64,000 nt of DNA, from contig NC_087252.1 in NCBI RefSeq assembly GCF_037042905.1, forward strand, positions 23,996,001 through 24,060,000. The letters are read 5' to 3'. Below the pieces are notes generated by a model that did no database searches, was not told the origin of the DNA, and saw only the letters and a list, made by a program, of their open reading frames with translations. Of the stretch, positions 1 to 64,000 are shown piece by piece. A program made the translations under genes and the position numbers. Every line of letters begins with the position of its first letter. Within the stretch, counting starts at the first letter, position 1. The DNA is from Lytechinus pictus. Lineage: Eukaryota.

Positions 1-405
1 ACCAACACTAATAATGGAACACAGAAATAGAAATAAACATGACATCATGAGGTATACAAGAAAAAAGATATAAAATAAATCTGACATGTAATACATTACT
101 AAAATGGAATTAATTTTTTTCTCTATCAGATATGGATATTAGTGTAGTTAAAAAAAATCATCTTGGCATAACACAGAGAAATAGTCAAATTTAAAACTTG
201 AATGCTTTTTAAGAAGCATGCATGAAAGTTACTCCAAAGAGCATATGTTATGGTTGTAAACAAAGTATGTGTATCGATAACTGCTTGAGAGTTTGGGTAA
301 GTGCATGGATGCCATTGCTGATTACATTCTTTGAAAATCAACGGAGTTTGATGAAGATGAGCTTCTGTTATGTGATTATTATTTTTCTCTTTTGTTCAGT
401 ATTAC

Positions 406-60966
<60,561 letters not shown>

Positions 60967-61021
60967 CTACAAGAAAACAAAATTTTCTTCCAAATGAAGG
61001 TTCAGAAGTAGGAGTAATCCT

Positions 61022-61153
61022 GGGGCCCATAACACAAAGCTTAGCAATTGATCGTAGGACATTTTTTTACGATCAATTGCATTGACTACAATGCACAATC
61101 AATCGTAAAAATCAAGCGTATGATCAATCGCTAACTTTTGTGTTACGGGACCC
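61022..61153. mobile_element. Short palindromic MITE; decayed copy at about 2660-2792
   Basis: GGGCCCATAACACAAAGCTTAGC ... GCTAACTTTTGTGTTACGGGACCC. Confidence 0.65.
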
Positions 61154-64000
61154 AGGTCTTAAATCCTGTCTAGCCCCAAACCACAGGGTGGCCGGATGCA
61201 CCTTGCACTCAGATAAATCACCTTCACCCCCTCCCTTACTTTCTATATTTTTCTATACATTATTCAGGAAGATGCGATTTGAATTTTCAGGCTGGTCAGG
61301 CAATTAGAATAAAAATCCCACAATGTATTATATTCCACCTTTATTCAAAAGACTGAAAGCAGATTTGTGTTTCATGGTTTATTCAATTCATGTGCCATTA
61401 AAATATATTGAAAGCAAAAAGGGAATACAGTATAATTCATGATGGCATAATATTCACATATTCACATAGTATGTACATGTCTTATTTTGTACAGACCTTG
61501 CATTTGAATTTAGATTGTACTGAATATAGATCGCTGAATGTTATGGTGATCGGTAGGAACGAATGAATTATCTAGACCAGGTATATAACACTATAAAACA
61601 TTTCAGTTTTCATCAAAATTACAACCTTAAATAAGCCCAGTATCATATTTAAACACATCCTTGACCTTTTCATATATCATAATCATACAATGATATCTTT
61701 ATTATCGCTAGAGGGTATTCATTTGTCTCGCAATCTACTATGGTCAACAAGGAAATTCGTGATCACTCTCGCAAAAAGTGTTCACTGGCTTTCTAGGAAA
61801 ATCGTGATCACTCTCGCAAAAAGTGTTCACTAGCTTACAAGTTCACGAGCTTTCGAGTGCCGCTGCAACTCTTTATCAAGTGACGAAAATTATCTGATGA
61901 CGTATTCTATTTATACTAATCTCCGGGACCGTACGCACGAACGCGAGAACAATAGATGGGCATTGATCCGTTGCGTCGGATGCGGTACGGCCGGTAATCC
62001 GTGTATGCAAATAAGCCGGGGGTATATGCAAATACGCCGTGGGTCGGCAATATGCAAATTAGACATCTTTATTGATTGGAAGTAAATTCTATTCTAAATA
62101 AACACAACATCAAAAGTAAATTCCCCCCTAAAGAACCCCATCAAATCATCCAGTATAACAAGTCATTCAAGTTGAAACCAAGCATGGGATATAGCTAGGG
62201 TTGTTAGTAAGTGGGGGGTAAAGTTTAAGAAAAACTCATTTACTGCAAGGCATGAAAGGAAAAACAAATATATTATCTTTATTAAAAAAAACTATATTCC
62301 TTCAAAAATACTTGTAACATTGACCTAATAGCTTGAATTACAGTTCAATTTTCCTGCTATAAAAAACCCATTTTCTACTTTTCATCAATACAGAAAAGGA
62401 AGTATTTTTTAATCCTCAATCAGTCTCATGTCAGTGGCTGTTTACAGGTTCTCAATTACGATGGAACCGATTATTAAATCAACCTCAAGCCTAAAAGTTG
62501 CTGACATTTTCCCGACGACAAAATAAACAGTGTGTCAGAGCTGAAAGCCTGACTGGCAGACATAGAAAGGCTGTAACAGTATGCAGTTGGCTTTAAACTT
62601 GGCAGCTGAAATTGCGGTTAAACTTGCTAAGTCGACTTTAACAGTGTCAATTATGCTCGATAATAGTTCAAAACATCTTTGCATGTGTTCTAATCCTATA
62701 CCATTTATTTTGAGCTTTGTAAGTTTTGGCTAATTACAAACACTTTTTAATATTAAGAGCAATCAAGGTCTTGTTTATAGGTACAGCTGGAAGCTAAAGA
62801 GACCATGACAAATGTAGGTGCTAATACCTCTGTCACATTTGCTGTACGGCGGCCATACGGCGAGTCGAAAATCAGCTGTTCTAACAATTTTTTGTAATTG
62901 CTACATATATGTGGTTTGAATAAAAATGAATGAAACGGCTGTTCTCGACTCGCCGTACGGCCACCCTAGAGCAAATGTGACTGAGGTATAAAGGTACTTT
63001 GAAACAATTCACAAATTTAAATTGTCTGAAACTTAATCCATAATTTTAATAGCAGTTCTCATTTATCAAAAACACTTTTCTTCTTGATCTCTTGATTGCT
63101 ATACAATGTTTCAAAATACTTTAGCTTAAGTTCATTTTTCAATCTCGTTAAAATTTGTGCATTCAGCTAACTAGCTGGAACATATATGTGATAAATGAAT
63201 TGAATTTGTAGTCTTGGAGTGACATGGGAAAGGTAGCAAAAAGAGTGATGTCATTCATCAGTTAACAAATGAGATGAATGTCCTGAAATCTGTGGCACAT
63301 TAGCCCTCGATATCTCCTAAAAGCAGAACAGAGAAAATGTCAAACATACGCAATTAATCAAATCGGACAGGAGGAAGCATTAATGATGTAACTTCTACTG
63401 AATGATGAACCGTAAGATCACTTTGATGAAAGCTGAACTAATAAGCTATGATGCGGCACATTTAATCAAGCTTGGACTGCATTTAGGCTTAAAAGTCTAC
63501 CGTTAAGACACAAAATATTTGTCAATTTCGATTCACAATCATTTGACAGTGTTCCATTTAAGCATTAATATGCAAAGTAGAAAATGGTTATGGAATCCTA
63601 TTAAACATGGTATACCCTTAACACCTGGGTGGCGAGTGGGAACTATAGATTAATGTTTTAATGCTTTATAATTCAACCTCTTATTCCTAATTAAAGCCTT
63701 GGAAAATATCTCTGAAACTCTTTTAACAAAGTATACATGGTCTGAAAATTTTTATTGCATCATCATTTGGTAATTGCTGAAAAAACAATGCTTTAAAAAT
63801 AACAAAATCACTAAAACCCTTAATTTGGCTAAGGATAGAACCTAAACAAATAGTGCAAATAAATTCATGAAGAGATTTTTGTCAGTGATTTTCTCTGACA
63901 ACTTATAAGCTACTGAAAACTCTTGCTTCTGATTGGCTAAGAGCAAATTAATCAGTGAAAATGACTTGCAAGACTCTTCATGAAATGCTCCCCAAAGCAA

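Overview
Eukaryotic, AT-rich, intron-rich animal DNA. The repeat landscape suggests a marine invertebrate such as a sea urchin (inference only). The window lies inside one large minus-strand gene for an extracellular EGF-repeat protein. I can trace 28 GT-AG coding exons (3,405 nt, about 1,135 codons), all phase 1-1 and nearly all encoding one calcium-binding or short EGF module. Neither end of the gene is visible. One intron holds an apparently complete, young 7.3-kb DIRS1-type tyrosine-recombinase retrotransposon (16176-23457). It has inverted terminal repeats, an internal complementary region, and gag, RT/RNaseH/methyltransferase-like and recombinase ORFs, plus a nested MITE with a 6-bp TSD. 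Gag and the recombinase share one frame broken by only two single stop codons. Many host exons are flanked by decaying tandem copies of themselves. The introns also contain MITEs, tRNA-derived SINEs, microsatellites and a few candidate regulatory motif clusters. No prokaryote-type system (CRISPR, operon) is present.
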